Program-made: the position numbers and the translations under genes
Notes under the pieces: generated by a model
Seen by the model: the letters and a program-made list of their open reading frames with translations, nothing else
Database searches by the model: none
Told to the model about the DNA's origin: nothing
Source of the DNA: a virus
IMG/VR virus record: IMGVR_UViG_3300045988_166882
Direction: 5' to 3' (one strand)
DNA: 64,000 nucleotides
Shown: piece after piece, positions 1-8,217 of the stretch
How positions within the stretch are numbered: position 1 is the first letter of the stretch
How the letters are laid out: every line of letters begins with the position of its first letter

Positions 1-76
1 GGAGCCCATCCAGCCCGACGCCATCAACGCCTGCCTCGCCAAGTAAAATAGTCAAAACCGCAAGACAAATAGCACG

Positions 77-904
77 ATGAAAACGTACCGTATTAACCAA
101 TTCAAGACCAAGGAGGCCGTCATGGACGCCATCATCGAGGTCTTCAAACGCCGCGAGGATTGGACCGAAGCCGAGGGCCGCCGTACCGGCATCAATCCCG
201 AACCCACGTTCAAGGCCCAAAAGGCGTACGACCTGGCGTTCCAGTCGATGGGGGGTAATTCGTTCCGGCCAGGTGAATACCAAAAGTCGAAGCGCGAAAT
301 GGTCGATTACTTGAACAATATGGAGTCGCTGTTTCACGACGCCCGCCTTAAATGGTTCCGTTTCTACACCCAGCACACCTACCTCTCCACCGACGCCGGC
401 AAGAGTGAACGTGAAGCCCTCTTGAAAAAGATTAACGTTTACAACGCCGCCATCGAGGAGTTGACGAACCGTTTTTCCGGGGACCTCGCTGAATTTTTGG
501 AAGAAAACCGTAACTGCCCTGACTGGCGTGTGGCGCGGTATAGCGAGAACTCCGTAACGTTCGGGTTGGTGGATGCGGCCGATAATATCGACCAGCAGTC
601 GCTGCTGACGTTTTACATCGATCGCGGCGTTACCGGCAGCGACGAGCCTACGTTGGTAACCTCCATCCAGAATCAGGGGCGCTGGTCGTGTGAAGAGGTC
701 GGACCGCAGTACGTCCGATATGCATGGATGGGCCTACTGCTGTTGGACGACCGCCTCAAATCGCTTAAAGAGGCGATGGTAAGGTACGGGTCCGGCGTAA
801 GGGAAAACGCGACTGCCATCAGCACCGCCAATGTTAGACTGAGTAAAGTGGGTCTCGACGACTTTCAGGCCCGTTTCACCGAGTACGAACTCCAAAACTG
901 GTAA
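77..904 (+). CDS. hypothetical protein (275 aa)
   Basis: Long ATG ORF with no competing ORF. No motif recognised. Confidence 0.6.
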   Translation: MKTYRINQFKTKEAVMDAIIEVFKRREDWTEAEGRRTGINPEPTFKAQKAYDLAFQSMGGNSFRPGEYQKSKREMVDYLNNMESLFHDARLKWFRFYTQHTYLSTDAGKSEREALLKKINVYNAAIEELTNRFSGDLAEFLEENRNCPDWRVARYSENSVTFGLVDAADNIDQQSLLTFYIDRGVTGSDEPTLVTSIQNQGRWSCEEVGPQYVRYAWMGLLLLDDRLKSLKEAMVRYGSGVRENATAISTANVRLSKVGLDDFQARFTEYELQNW

Positions 905-907
905 ATC

Positions 908-1204
908 ATGAACGCAGAAACTATCGTCAACCTCTATATCATCAACGCTACCTCGAAAAGCGACCTTCGCGATATGGGTGATAAGCAGCGTCGGATGATT
1001 GAAGAACGCCGCCTGATGGCCGTGCGTGAGATGTTAGGCGCCAAATTGGCCCACATAACGGCTAACGGCCAGTGGCGTGAAGCAATAGCGGTCCTCGGTA
1101 TCACCCACCGCGAATCGGCAGAAAAGTGGTACGATTTGACCACTACGTTTGGCGACTTCGACCCTAACCGGATGATGTTCGAGAAAGTAGAAATTGAAGT
1201 TTAA
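908..1204 (+). CDS. hypothetical protein (98 aa)
   Basis: ATG ORF starting 4 nt after the upstream stop. No motif recognised. Confidence 0.55.
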   Translation: MNAETIVNLYIINATSKSDLRDMGDKQRRMIEERRLMAVREMLGAKLAHITANGQWREAIAVLGITHRESAEKWYDLTTTFGDFDPNRMMFEKVEIEV

Positions 1205-1223
1205 TCCCCTAATACAACGAATT

Positions 1224-1451
1224 ATGGCACCTAATCGAGTAACCCGCGCCACGGCCATGGCTACGGCCCGTGACTACGCTAAAAACCATTCCAAGGAGGC
1301 TCTCCGCGTTCAGGTAGCGCTGTACCGTGAGCAGGTAAAGTCGCTTAATCGCGCCAAGGCCAACGCCACCGACGAAGAAGTGAAACGGCTGACCGAGCGT
1401 ATAGCCGACACCCGTGAACTTTTGAGGGCATTCGAGAACGAGGCCAAATAA
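1224..1451 (+). CDS. hypothetical helical protein (75 aa)
   Basis: In-frame ATG at 1224 is preferred over the track start at 1194, which overlaps the upstream gene. The sequence is charged and coiled-coil-like. Confidence 0.45.
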   Translation: MAPNRVTRATAMATARDYAKNHSKEALRVQVALYREQVKSLNRAKANATDEEVKRLTERIADTRELLRAFENEAK

Positions 1452-1489
1452 CAACGCAAACCTTTTAATCACCAAATAGCAAAACGAAA

Positions 1490-2479
1490 ATGGAAAATCA
1501 AACTATCACGAGCGTTTTCAACGCCACCGCCCCGTTGGCCATCAACGCCGAAGCCTCAATCACCAAGACGCAGGTTCTGTTCCTGTACGCCGTCGCTGCT
1601 GCCGCCGCTGACCGCCCCTTCATCCCTAACGTCGACGAAGGCCCGCTGCCGTTCACGGGCGTTGACGAAGTGGCTGTACCTTACAGCGAGGTTCGTGTCT
1701 GGCTCGGCCAGATGCTGGACGCCAACCTGCTGATGCGGCGCGTGATGCCTATTCCTGACGGCGCAGACTTCGTTCGTGAAATCAAGCGCGTGTCGTACGA
1801 GTGTAGCGACGCCGGGCTGTTGGAGTTGTGCGTTGACGACGACACGCTTCACTTCACCGCCCTTGGTGTTGAGGCCATCGAAAAGTACGGCCCGGTGTTG
1901 GACGCTGAGTGGCTGGTGATCGAGCGCTCGGTCCTGAAAATCGTCAACAACCGCTACGGCCACTGCGGTATCGGCGTTGAGGAATGTACGCGCCACGTCC
2001 CCACGCTGAATCCGCGCGAACTGAAGAACCAGTTCGTGATGGTCGACAACGACCTCATGGGTGCTGTATACCGCCGCACCGACGGCCTGCTGCTGGTGAA
2101 CGTGTTCGGCGTTGGTACGTTCATCGTCGAACGCCTTGTGGCTATCAACACCGAAGTGTTGGCCACGTTGGCCGACGAAGGCTATCTCCAGCGTGACACC
2201 GAAGAAACCGTCAACGAGTACCACACGCGCTTCTCGGCCCTGTCGAAGGTCTACCAGCGCGAGCACGGCATTCCCGACGACGAAGAACCCGCCGAAGTCC
2301 CCGAAGACAACCCGATGGCGGCCTTGGCAGCGATGCTGGGTAAGCAACTCGGGAAGAAGGTAGGGCTGGCACGTATCGACGTCCCCAGGGACGGCAGCGC
2401 GCCTACGGTGGCCAATCTGGACGATAAGGTAGAGGAAGCCGCCGTGGTGATGGACGCCGAGGACAAACCCGTTTCGTAA
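1490..2479 (+). CDS. hypothetical protein with acidic C-terminal tail (329 aa)
   Basis: Long ATG ORF. The antisense 263-aa ORF looks like a shadow ORF. Followed by a terminator hairpin. Confidence 0.6.
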   Translation: MENQTITSVFNATAPLAINAEASITKTQVLFLYAVAAAAADRPFIPNVDEGPLPFTGVDEVAVPYSEVRVWLGQMLDANLLMRRVMPIPDGADFVREIKRVSYECSDAGLLELCVDDDTLHFTALGVEAIEKYGPVLDAEWLVIERSVLKIVNNRYGHCGIGVEECTRHVPTLNPRELKNQFVMVDNDLMGAVYRRTDGLLLVNVFGVGTFIVERLVAINTEVLATLADEGYLQRDTEETVNEYHTRFSALSKVYQREHGIPDDEEPAEVPEDNPMAALAAMLGKQLGKKVGLARIDVPRDGSAPTVANLDDKVEEAAVVMDAEDKPVS

Positions 2480-2503
2480 CCGCGCGTTGGCGTTGACGCT
2501 TTT

Positions 2504-2537
2504 AGCCGCTGGGGATTTAGGTCCTTGGCGGCTTTTT
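2504..2537 (+). terminator. rho-independent terminator candidate
   Basis: An 11-bp stem (AGCCGCTGGGG / CCTTGGCGGCT, 3 G-U pairs) is followed by TTTTT at 2533-2537. It lies just after the stop at 2479. Confidence 0.6.
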
Positions 2538-2619
2538 CGTTGGCACCCCCTTTCTTCCCCCTAATGGTTTCCCTCCTGCAACCTTCCTTTCCTTAACCCC
2601 CTATAATCCCCCTTTTCCG

Positions 2620-2651
2620 GTGTAAAGAGAAAAAGACACTTCTCTTTACAC
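2620..2651 (+). other. perfect 10-bp stem-loop in a long untranslated region
   Basis: GTGTAAAGAG (2620-2629) pairs with CTCTTTACAC (2642-2651) around a 12-nt A-rich loop. It directly follows a ~75-nt polypyrimidine tract. Confidence 0.5.
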
Positions 2652-2879
2652 TCAACGGGAGACTTTCCTTCTCCAGATAAATCTGTCGAAGACGTCTCCC
2701 GACGCGCACATACGTGCGCACACGTGCTTACGCACGAGAGAACACACGCAAGAAGCAAACGCCAAACATCTCAAATCGCCAAAACGCCGTCTCTCCAGCA
2801 CACACGCGCGTGTACAACCGCCAACAGCACTACGCAAAGACGCCAACGTTATTGAGGCTGAAAAACTCACAAACACGAA

Positions 2880-3071
2880 ATGGAATCAAACCCCCAACAC
2901 CCTGAAATCGATCATATGATCCAAGGCATGCAGCGTTTGGCGCAGAAATACGGAAAGCGAATCACAAATCGTCAACTCGATGTACGCTCGCTGACGGTAT
3001 GTTCACTCAACGGTTGGCGCCTTACGTTGGAACGAGTAGAAACCACCAACGAAAACTCCTCACGCCAATGA
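2880..3071 (+). CDS. hypothetical small protein (63 aa)
   Basis: ATG ORF whose TGA overlaps the next ATG (ATGA at 3068-3071), suggesting translational coupling. Confidence 0.4.
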   Translation: MESNPQHPEIDHMIQGMQRLAQKYGKRITNRQLDVRSLTVCSLNGWRLTLERVETTNENSSRQ

Positions 3072-3637
3072 AACGCTTAATTCGTCGCTTTGTAGAATGG
3101 CTCTGGAGCGAAGGCGTGGCGACGTTTTGTTCAACGATCGTCGCCACTGAACTGCGTCGCCGCTTCCCTGAAGAGTTCCGCAGCAAAACTCCTTGTCGCC
3201 CAGAGGTAATTCCCCAAGACGTTTACACCGCCGTCTTTCAACATCTACCAACTCCCGCCGATGTAATTCACGCCGATTACGGTGACTCCAACATCCACCA
3301 CGTCCGTACGTTCACCATCCAGCGACCTGGTCGTGGTGATTTTAGGATGGTGATGATAGCTGCGCGAATGCGTTTGGCGCCTGAACTACGGAGTGACGAA
3401 ATCTGTTGCGGAAGGTACGCTCACCTGTTGAACGTCGAGATTCACGGTTGGGGAAACGCACCGCGCAACACCCCCAACTACACACTGCAGTTTTCGCTGA
3501 TGCAGTATCGACTTCAAGGACCCAACGTCGGCGGTACAGTTCCGTATTGGCGGTTGGAGGTTGAAAAGCCCGCTGTCCTTCACCGCCACACTGAAGCGGT
3601 GTTGGAAGGCGTGGCTCGTGGATTATCAAATTTATGA
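3068..3637 (+). CDS. hypothetical protein (189 aa)
   Basis: Internal ATG (MKRLIRRF...) of track ORF 2999..3637, chosen because it forms an ATGA overlap with the upstream ORF. Confidence 0.5.
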   Translation: MKRLIRRFVEWLWSEGVATFCSTIVATELRRRFPEEFRSKTPCRPEVIPQDVYTAVFQHLPTPADVIHADYGDSNIHHVRTFTIQRPGRGDFRMVMIAARMRLAPELRSDEICCGRYAHLLNVEIHGWGNAPRNTPNYTLQFSLMQYRLQGPNVGGTVPYWRLEVEKPAVLHRHTEAVLEGVARGLSNL

Positions 3638-3641
3638 GACT

Positions 3642-3794
3642 ATGGCAGAATTCTTTCGCGTTGGCCGTTATTTCGACACCCAAGACGCCGAACGCACACG
3701 CACCGAGCAATTAGAGCGCCAAAAAGCAAGAGCAGCGCTATCTGGGGTCTACAATCCTTCGTCCCGGGATGAGACTTTACCAGTTCAACTATAA
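3642..3794 (+). CDS. hypothetical small protein (50 aa)
   Basis: ATG 5 nt after the upstream stop (MAEFFRVGRY...). Short, and its 3' end overlaps the next ORF by 26 nt. Confidence 0.3.
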   Translation: MAEFFRVGRYFDTQDAERTRTEQLERQKARAALSGVYNPSSRDETLPVQL

Positions 3795-4011
3795 GACCGG
3801 AGAATGTCGGGAGATTGGTACTGAACGGCGGTTGGAATTCGACCCCGTCAGCGGCAACAAGGTTACTCGTTCTGTGAAGGTCCAATACGACCCCGATTGC
3901 GTATATCTCCAGGCCCTCAACGAGCGAAACGCCATTCGTAAGTTAGTGAAGGCTGGATACATCAAAATGGTGAAACACGATGGTAAAGATCCACACGTCG
4001 AAGATCGATGA
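3769..4011 (+). CDS. hypothetical protein (80 aa)
   Basis: ATG ORF. No motif recognised. Confidence 0.45.
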   Translation: MRLYQFNYKTGECREIGTERRLEFDPVSGNKVTRSVKVQYDPDCVYLQALNERNAIRKLVKAGYIKMVKHDGKDPHVEDR

Positions 4012-4459
4012 AGCCCAAGAGCCAGCGAAGGCTCACAAAATACAACGCGGTTCCAACGGGCTACCGCTGTTTGGCGGTAAGCACGTTGAGGTGAAAGCCA
4101 AGCCCTACTCCGCTGAACGCAACGCCGACGATGGTGTTGATTACGATATGTCGCTGGCTGACTTTCTGGGTCAAGCGGAAGAACTCACCAAGAAAAAGCG
4201 TTTGAACGCCGTTTTTATCGAGTTAGGCGGTACGTTGGTCCCGTGGTACGCCATACGGTCGTTGAGCCGCACAGAGCGCTACGACGACGAACGCCAACGA
4301 TACCAGTACGGTATCATCGCCAACATCGACACCTTGGCGGCCGACGGCGACAATTTCGACGAGTGGTGGCTGGCGGAAGAAGCCCGCGACGAAGCGTGGA
4401 ACGCCCTACGTGACCAGTTAACAGAACTCGGTATCACAATCGTACAAGCAAAGGTCTAA
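3980..4459 (+). CDS. hypothetical protein (159 aa)
   Basis: ATG ORF overlapping the upstream gene by 32 nt. No motif recognised. Confidence 0.5.
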   Translation: MVKIHTSKIDEAQEPAKAHKIQRGSNGLPLFGGKHVEVKAKPYSAERNADDGVDYDMSLADFLGQAEELTKKKRLNAVFIELGGTLVPWYAIRSLSRTERYDDERQRYQYGIIANIDTLAADGDNFDEWWLAEEARDEAWNALRDQLTELGITIVQAKV

Positions 4460-4498
4460 ACAACCCTCATAATTATCAACAATCAAAATTATCGTACA

Positions 4499-4795
4499 AT
4501 GAAAGTGCAAGATTTTTACGGTGCGCTGGCCAAGAAGGCTGGTACCACCAAGGCTCAGGCGATTGAGTTCGTCCGCGCCCTCGAAGAGGTCCTCACCGAA
4601 GAGGTCCGTGACAAGGGTGAAACTATTCCGCTGGGTAAGGTCGGCAAGTTTGTCCTGAAGGACGTTCCGGCTCGTACCATGCGTAACCCCTTCACCGGGC
4701 AGGACATCGAGACTCGTGCCTACCGGACCATCCAGTTCAAAACGGCGTATGCCATGAGGGCCGACGCTGAAACCGCCAAAAAAGGCAAAAAGTAA
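4499..4795 (+). CDS. HU/IHF-family histone-like DNA-binding protein
   Basis: 98 aa. N-terminal helical segment plus the beta-arm signature PARTMRNPFTGQDIETRAYRTIQFK (RNPxTG motif of HU/IHF). Confidence 0.85.
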   Translation: MKVQDFYGALAKKAGTTKAQAIEFVRALEEVLTEEVRDKGETIPLGKVGKFVLKDVPARTMRNPFTGQDIETRAYRTIQFKTAYAMRADAETAKKGKK

Positions 4796-4840
4796 CCTGT
4801 AAAATAATTCATTTACTGGTATATTAGTTAGCTTTCGCAG

Positions 4841-4875
4841 TCCGTCAGGGAAGTGGTTTGCCCTGACGGATTTTT
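4841..4875 (+). terminator. rho-independent terminator
   Basis: Perfect 10-bp stem TCCGTCAGGG / CCCTGACGGA with a 10-nt loop, followed by TTTTT. Confidence 0.8.
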
Positions 4876-5531
4876 CGTTACTTTCGCGTCAACGTTATAC
4901 TACCTGAAACGAGGGAATGCTGACTTTCCATGCCAGTTAGTTTCGAGTTGCTATAAGCGAGTTTCTTTTCCAAAACAGGATCGGCCAACGCCGTGAAGGT
5001 TTGGTTGATCCAACTCTTAGCGTTCCCTCTACTTTAGCCAGAAGAGCGCTGGGGAGTCAAAGAGTGGCCACAATTTACTCCATACAGTATCTCGTTCCGA
5101 CCTCCGGGTCGGCTGGCACCAATACGGCTGGCCCGAAGCCGATCTCGATGAAACCAGCGGTGCGCACGCTGAGGGGCTACGAAGGATAGTAGCTGGGGTG
5201 AAATTCCCCGGTGAAGCCGGACGAAGTCGACGCCGATAGACAATAAAGAGCCTACGCTCACTCGGCTAATCGTTCTACAGACCACGACCTTCGCGGTCCG
5301 GCGAGGCCCTCCGTGGGTTGTGCGAGTAGAACGAGGGTATATCTCCACGGCTGGGGGGATCGGAGTTAGGCCTCCGTAAGGTGTAAGCCCTGACGCCAGC
5401 CAACGGGCCGCAAGGTCAAACAAATTGTCTCCAAGGCAGCAACGCAGACTTCCTCCATAGCGAGCGCCGGAGCGGAGGAGACAGACTCTAACTGGGGGAA
5501 GAGTATAAGCGATTCGTCGCGCCCCCTACGC
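4876..5531 (+). ncRNA. candidate large structured non-coding RNA / tRNA leader, family unknown
   Basis: About 650 nt with no credible ORF in six frames. It contains a dense series of GC-rich hairpins, some capped by UNCG or GNRA loops, and a 9-bp long-range pairing. It is bracketed by terminators and continuous with the tRNA. See findings. Confidence 0.35.
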
Positions 5532-5602
5532 TGATTCGTGGTGTAACGGTAACACACCAGATTTTGGTTCTGGCGTTGGAGGTTCGAATCCTTCCGGGTC
5601 AA
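5532..5602 (+). tRNA. tRNA-Gln (anticodon UUG)
   Basis: 71-nt cloverleaf folded by hand.
- Acceptor stem TGATTCG/CGGGTCA (2 G-U pairs; U1-A72 as in bacterial tRNA-Gln).
- D stem GTGT/ACAC with loop AACGGTA.
- Anticodon stem CCAGA/TCTGG with loop TTTTGGT.
- 4-nt variable loop.
- T arm GGAGG-TTCGAAT-CCTTC.
- CCA is not encoded. Confidence 0.9.
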
Positions 5603-5883
5603 CTCTAAGGGCTTTTCGCGAAGAGCCTACCGAAGATCGCTAACGCCGCTGGCTGCGCTTCGGGTCGTGATAACCGGAATCACGATGACGCCGCGGCAAC
5701 CATAACCCCGAAGGTCAGGGGTTCAAAGAAATTTCGTTCGTCATCGTTGTGGCAGTTCGCCCGCCCGGCCGGCATGGGGAAGATCAATAGGAACGGCAAC
5801 CGACGAGCGCGGGGCGCGAAATATCGCCCCGACCCTAAAAGTCTTAACAGACTTCCATCAATCAAAGGTTTAATTCACCCCGG

Positions 5884-5924
5884 ACCGCCCCACAGTAGCG
5901 ATACAGCGAGGCGGTTTTCTTTTA
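5884..5924 (+). terminator. terminator-like hairpin closing the tRNA/ncRNA region
   Basis: ACCGCC (5884-5889) pairs with GGCGGT (5910-5915), followed by TTTTCTTTT. The 20-nt loop is long, so this is a weak call. Confidence 0.4.
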
Positions 5925-5953
5925 CAACTATAAGGATGGAAAAGACTAATTAA

Positions 5954-6832
5954 ATGAAGATAGGAATAATATACAAATTAACCATTTTAGCGAAGTACAA
6001 GTTCTACGGACAACGCCCCTTTTATGTCGGTCAACACTGGGGAATGGAAGACTTTAACTCGTATTTTGGCGGAGGTACAATTTGGAACGATTTTCTGAAT
6101 GTCGTCAAAAAGGATTATCCGCTTCACTGGAAAAAGTTTGTTCGGCGTGAAATTTTATATCAAGGCGCGTGTGATCAACGTGCTTTGGACTTTCTCGAAC
6201 AGTATTACATAAAGCGCGAAATGGCGCATTATACCGAAGAGAAAGGCGGTTGCAACGTTTTACGTGGTACGGCGAATGCGTTTGGCGCTGGGAGTCCGAT
6301 GAAGGACGAAAATTGCAAAAGAAAGCAGGCTGAATCGTTGAAAAAGTATTATGATGAATACGGACATCCGTGTTTAGGTAAAAGGGCAACTCCCGAACTG
6401 CGTAAACGGTTGAGTGAAGCGCATCGAGGCAAGAAACTATCGCCAGAAACGGTTGAAAAGATACGTAAAGCCAACGCTGGAAAGAAACGAACGCCTGAAT
6501 TTTGTGAGTTGATGCGTGAAATGTGGCGTAAACGGAAAGAAGCGGGTTACGTGCCAAAGAATAGAGGGCGAAAAGTCCCCAGGGAAATAGTTGAAAAACG
6601 AGCCGCAGGGGTACGTAAATATTATGCCGAACACGCTTCATCGTTTTTAGGTAAACACCACACCGAGGCTACAAGGTTAAAAATTAGTGAAGCGAATAAA
6701 GGCAAGAAATTACCGCCTTTTTCAGCTGAAACGAAATTAAAGATGAGCCAATCAGCCAAAAAGGCGTGGGCAATTAGAAAACAACAAAATAATTACAATG
6801 CGTCGTTCGAATTATCTTGTAATGGACACTGA
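5954..6832 (+). CDS. GIY-YIG homing endonuclease with NUMOD3-like DNA-binding repeats (free-standing)
   Basis: N-terminal GIIYKLT...FYVGQH matches the GIY/YIG motifs. The C-terminal half has repeated helices ELRKRLSEAHRGKKLSPE, TVEKIRKANAGKKRTPE, EATRLKISEANKGKKLPP and ETKLKMSQSAKK. Visibly AT-richer than the flanks. Confidence 0.85.
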   Translation: MKIGIIYKLTILAKYKFYGQRPFYVGQHWGMEDFNSYFGGGTIWNDFLNVVKKDYPLHWKKFVRREILYQGACDQRALDFLEQYYIKREMAHYTEEKGGCNVLRGTANAFGAGSPMKDENCKRKQAESLKKYYDEYGHPCLGKRATPELRKRLSEAHRGKKLSPETVEKIRKANAGKKRTPEFCELMREMWRKRKEAGYVPKNRGRKVPREIVEKRAAGVRKYYAEHASSFLGKHHTEATRLKISEANKGKKLPPFSAETKLKMSQSAKKAWAIRKQQNNYNASFELSCNGH

Positions 6833-7466
6833 AACCGGGGGCCTGGACCCCGCACAGAACCCCATAACGTCGTTTGCAGCCGTTGTGCTGGACTTTAACA
6901 CCCTTAAAGAGGTAGACCGCTGGGAAACCTACGTAAAGCCGTACAACGATCTCCAAATAACGAAAGAATCCATCCAAAAGACGATGGTCAATATGGCCGA
7001 GGTGAACCGCGGTATGGACCTCAACGCCTTCATCGAAGCGTTCGGGCGGTTCTGTACCCAGAATTTCCCCGACGTGAAGGGTAAGGACCAACGGCGGTTG
7101 ATAGGCGTTGGCCACAACGTGATGTTCGACGTGGGGATGCTGGAGGCAGCGTTCTACTACTCGGCCTACTCCAAAAAGCAGACTCTGTTCACCTACATCC
7201 AAGACCAGACGCTGGACACGATGTACCTCTCCAAAATGATGTACGGCCTCGCGGGCGACGAGAAGATGACGTTAGGCGCCACGTGTGAACGCGCCGGCAT
7301 CCGCCTCACCGACGCTCACGGCGCGATGAACGACGTTGAAGCCACGGCCGAGTACTTCCGCTACTGTATCCAGCGTCTTCGTGCTACGGGCGACGTCTCG
7401 TCTTCTGCCGAGAAGAAGACTCGCCGCCGCGGGAACGAATTCTTCGAGTTCAAGTGCGCCAAGTAA
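6798..7466 (+). CDS. DEDDh (DnaQ-like) 3'-5' exonuclease
   Basis: Exo I VMDTETGGLD, Exo II GHNVMFDVGML, Exo III TDAHGAMNDVEAT. Confidence 0.8.
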   Translation: MRRSNYLVMDTETGGLDPAQNPITSFAAVVLDFNTLKEVDRWETYVKPYNDLQITKESIQKTMVNMAEVNRGMDLNAFIEAFGRFCTQNFPDVKGKDQRRLIGVGHNVMFDVGMLEAAFYYSAYSKKQTLFTYIQDQTLDTMYLSKMMYGLAGDEKMTLGATCERAGIRLTDAHGAMNDVEATAEYFRYCIQRLRATGDVSSSAEKKTRRRGNEFFEFKCAK

Positions 7467-7515
7467 CGACCGCCAACGTTATACACCGTGTCTAACAACA
7501 AAACCGTATAACAAA

Positions 7516-8217
7516 ATGGACAAGCAATCATTCATCACTGGCGTTAAGGCGTCGATCGCCGAAATCTTGGAGCGTTCCACGAATAAGTGGGTAAGCGTGC
7601 TGGAACCCGGAGCGTCGTTTGGCGCTATACTGGCCAAAAACGGTATCAGCCCCAAAATCACGCCGCCGCTTTTCGACGTTCTTACCGCCAACGGGCTGGT
7701 AGAGCGTTTGGGTGATAAGTCGGCGATTCGCTACCGCTATCAACCCCAAAACTCCACGACGCCCGATCTGGATAAGTTGGCCGAAAAGGTATTCGACGCC
7801 AACCAAGCCTACAACCGCCAAAAGAGCGTTTCCGGAAAGCAAAAACGTGTAACCCCCCCGCGGGAAGTCAACCAGAACGGACGGGCAGCGCGTTTTAAGG
7901 GCGATCTTCTGCCTCAGATTGGTGATTCGCGTTACGTACTTATGGACTGTGACACGGACGAAGGTATCAAAATCTCGATCGTCGAAGTGAAGATCGTCGC
8001 CGCCCGGCGTGAGATGGCCACGGGCCACTACTGGTTTGAGGCCGTGTATCGCTCCAAGGAAGATGGTGAAACGGGCTGCCTCGACGGTTTGAGTATTTCT
8101 GACCTGTACGTTTCAGCCGAAGCGGTGGCGCAGCGCCTGATCGCTCGCCAGATCAAATTCCGCGGTCCGCTGTTTCCAACTATAAAACCGGAAACCGTAA
8201 AACAAAATGGCAGATAA
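7516..8217 (+). CDS. hypothetical protein (233 aa)
   Basis: ATG at 7516 (MDKQSFITG...) is preferred. The track start at 7336 would overlap the exonuclease gene by 130 nt. Confidence 0.55.
   Translation: MDKQSFITGVKASIAEILERSTNKWVSVLEPGASFGAILAKNGISPKITPPLFDVLTANGLVERLGDKSAIRYRYQPQNSTTPDLDKLAEKVFDANQAYNRQKSVSGKQKRVTPPREVNQNGRAARFKGDLLPQIGDSRYVLMDCDTDEGIKISIVEVKIVAARREMATGHYWFEAVYRSKEDGETGCLDGLSISDLYVSAEAVAQRLIARQIKFRGPLFPTIKPETVKQNGR

Noticed and set aside
5194-5235. String GGGGTGAAATTCCCCGGTGAAGCCGGACGAAG, which resembles pieces of a cobalamin riboswitch (GGTGAAA.TCC, B12-box-like GAAGCCGG)
   Set aside because: The B12-box consensus does not fit when aligned position by position. There is no downstream cobalamin-related gene. 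The surrounding architecture does not match. I treat it as part of the unknown structured region.
4876-5531. tmRNA, RNase P RNA, or a group I/group II intron
   Set aside because: None of the expected hallmarks is present:
- tmRNA: no tag-peptide reading frame ending in a hydrophobic ...ALAA-type tail next to a tRNA-like 3' end with GCCACCA.
- RNase P RNA: no GAGGAAAGTCC or ACAGAA..CGGCTTA boxes.
- Group II intron: no domain-V-like hairpin or reverse transcriptase.
- Either intron type: no flanking split gene. The HU gene upstream is complete and terminated, and the tRNA is intact.
5700-5735. GGGGTTCAAAG, resembling a tRNA T-loop
   Set aside because: The flanks do not form a T stem, acceptor stem or anticodon arm. 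Only a simple AACCCC/GGGGTT hairpin is present.
7336-7515. N-terminal extensions proposed by the ORF track here. The same applies at 1194-1223, 2999-3067, 3561-3641, 13951-14013, 27089-27118, 55723-55749 and 62256-62393.
   Set aside because: Each extension overlaps the preceding gene or uses a non-ATG start. In each case an in-frame ATG sits at or just after the upstream stop, often as an ATGA/TAATG overlap. The shorter models were used.
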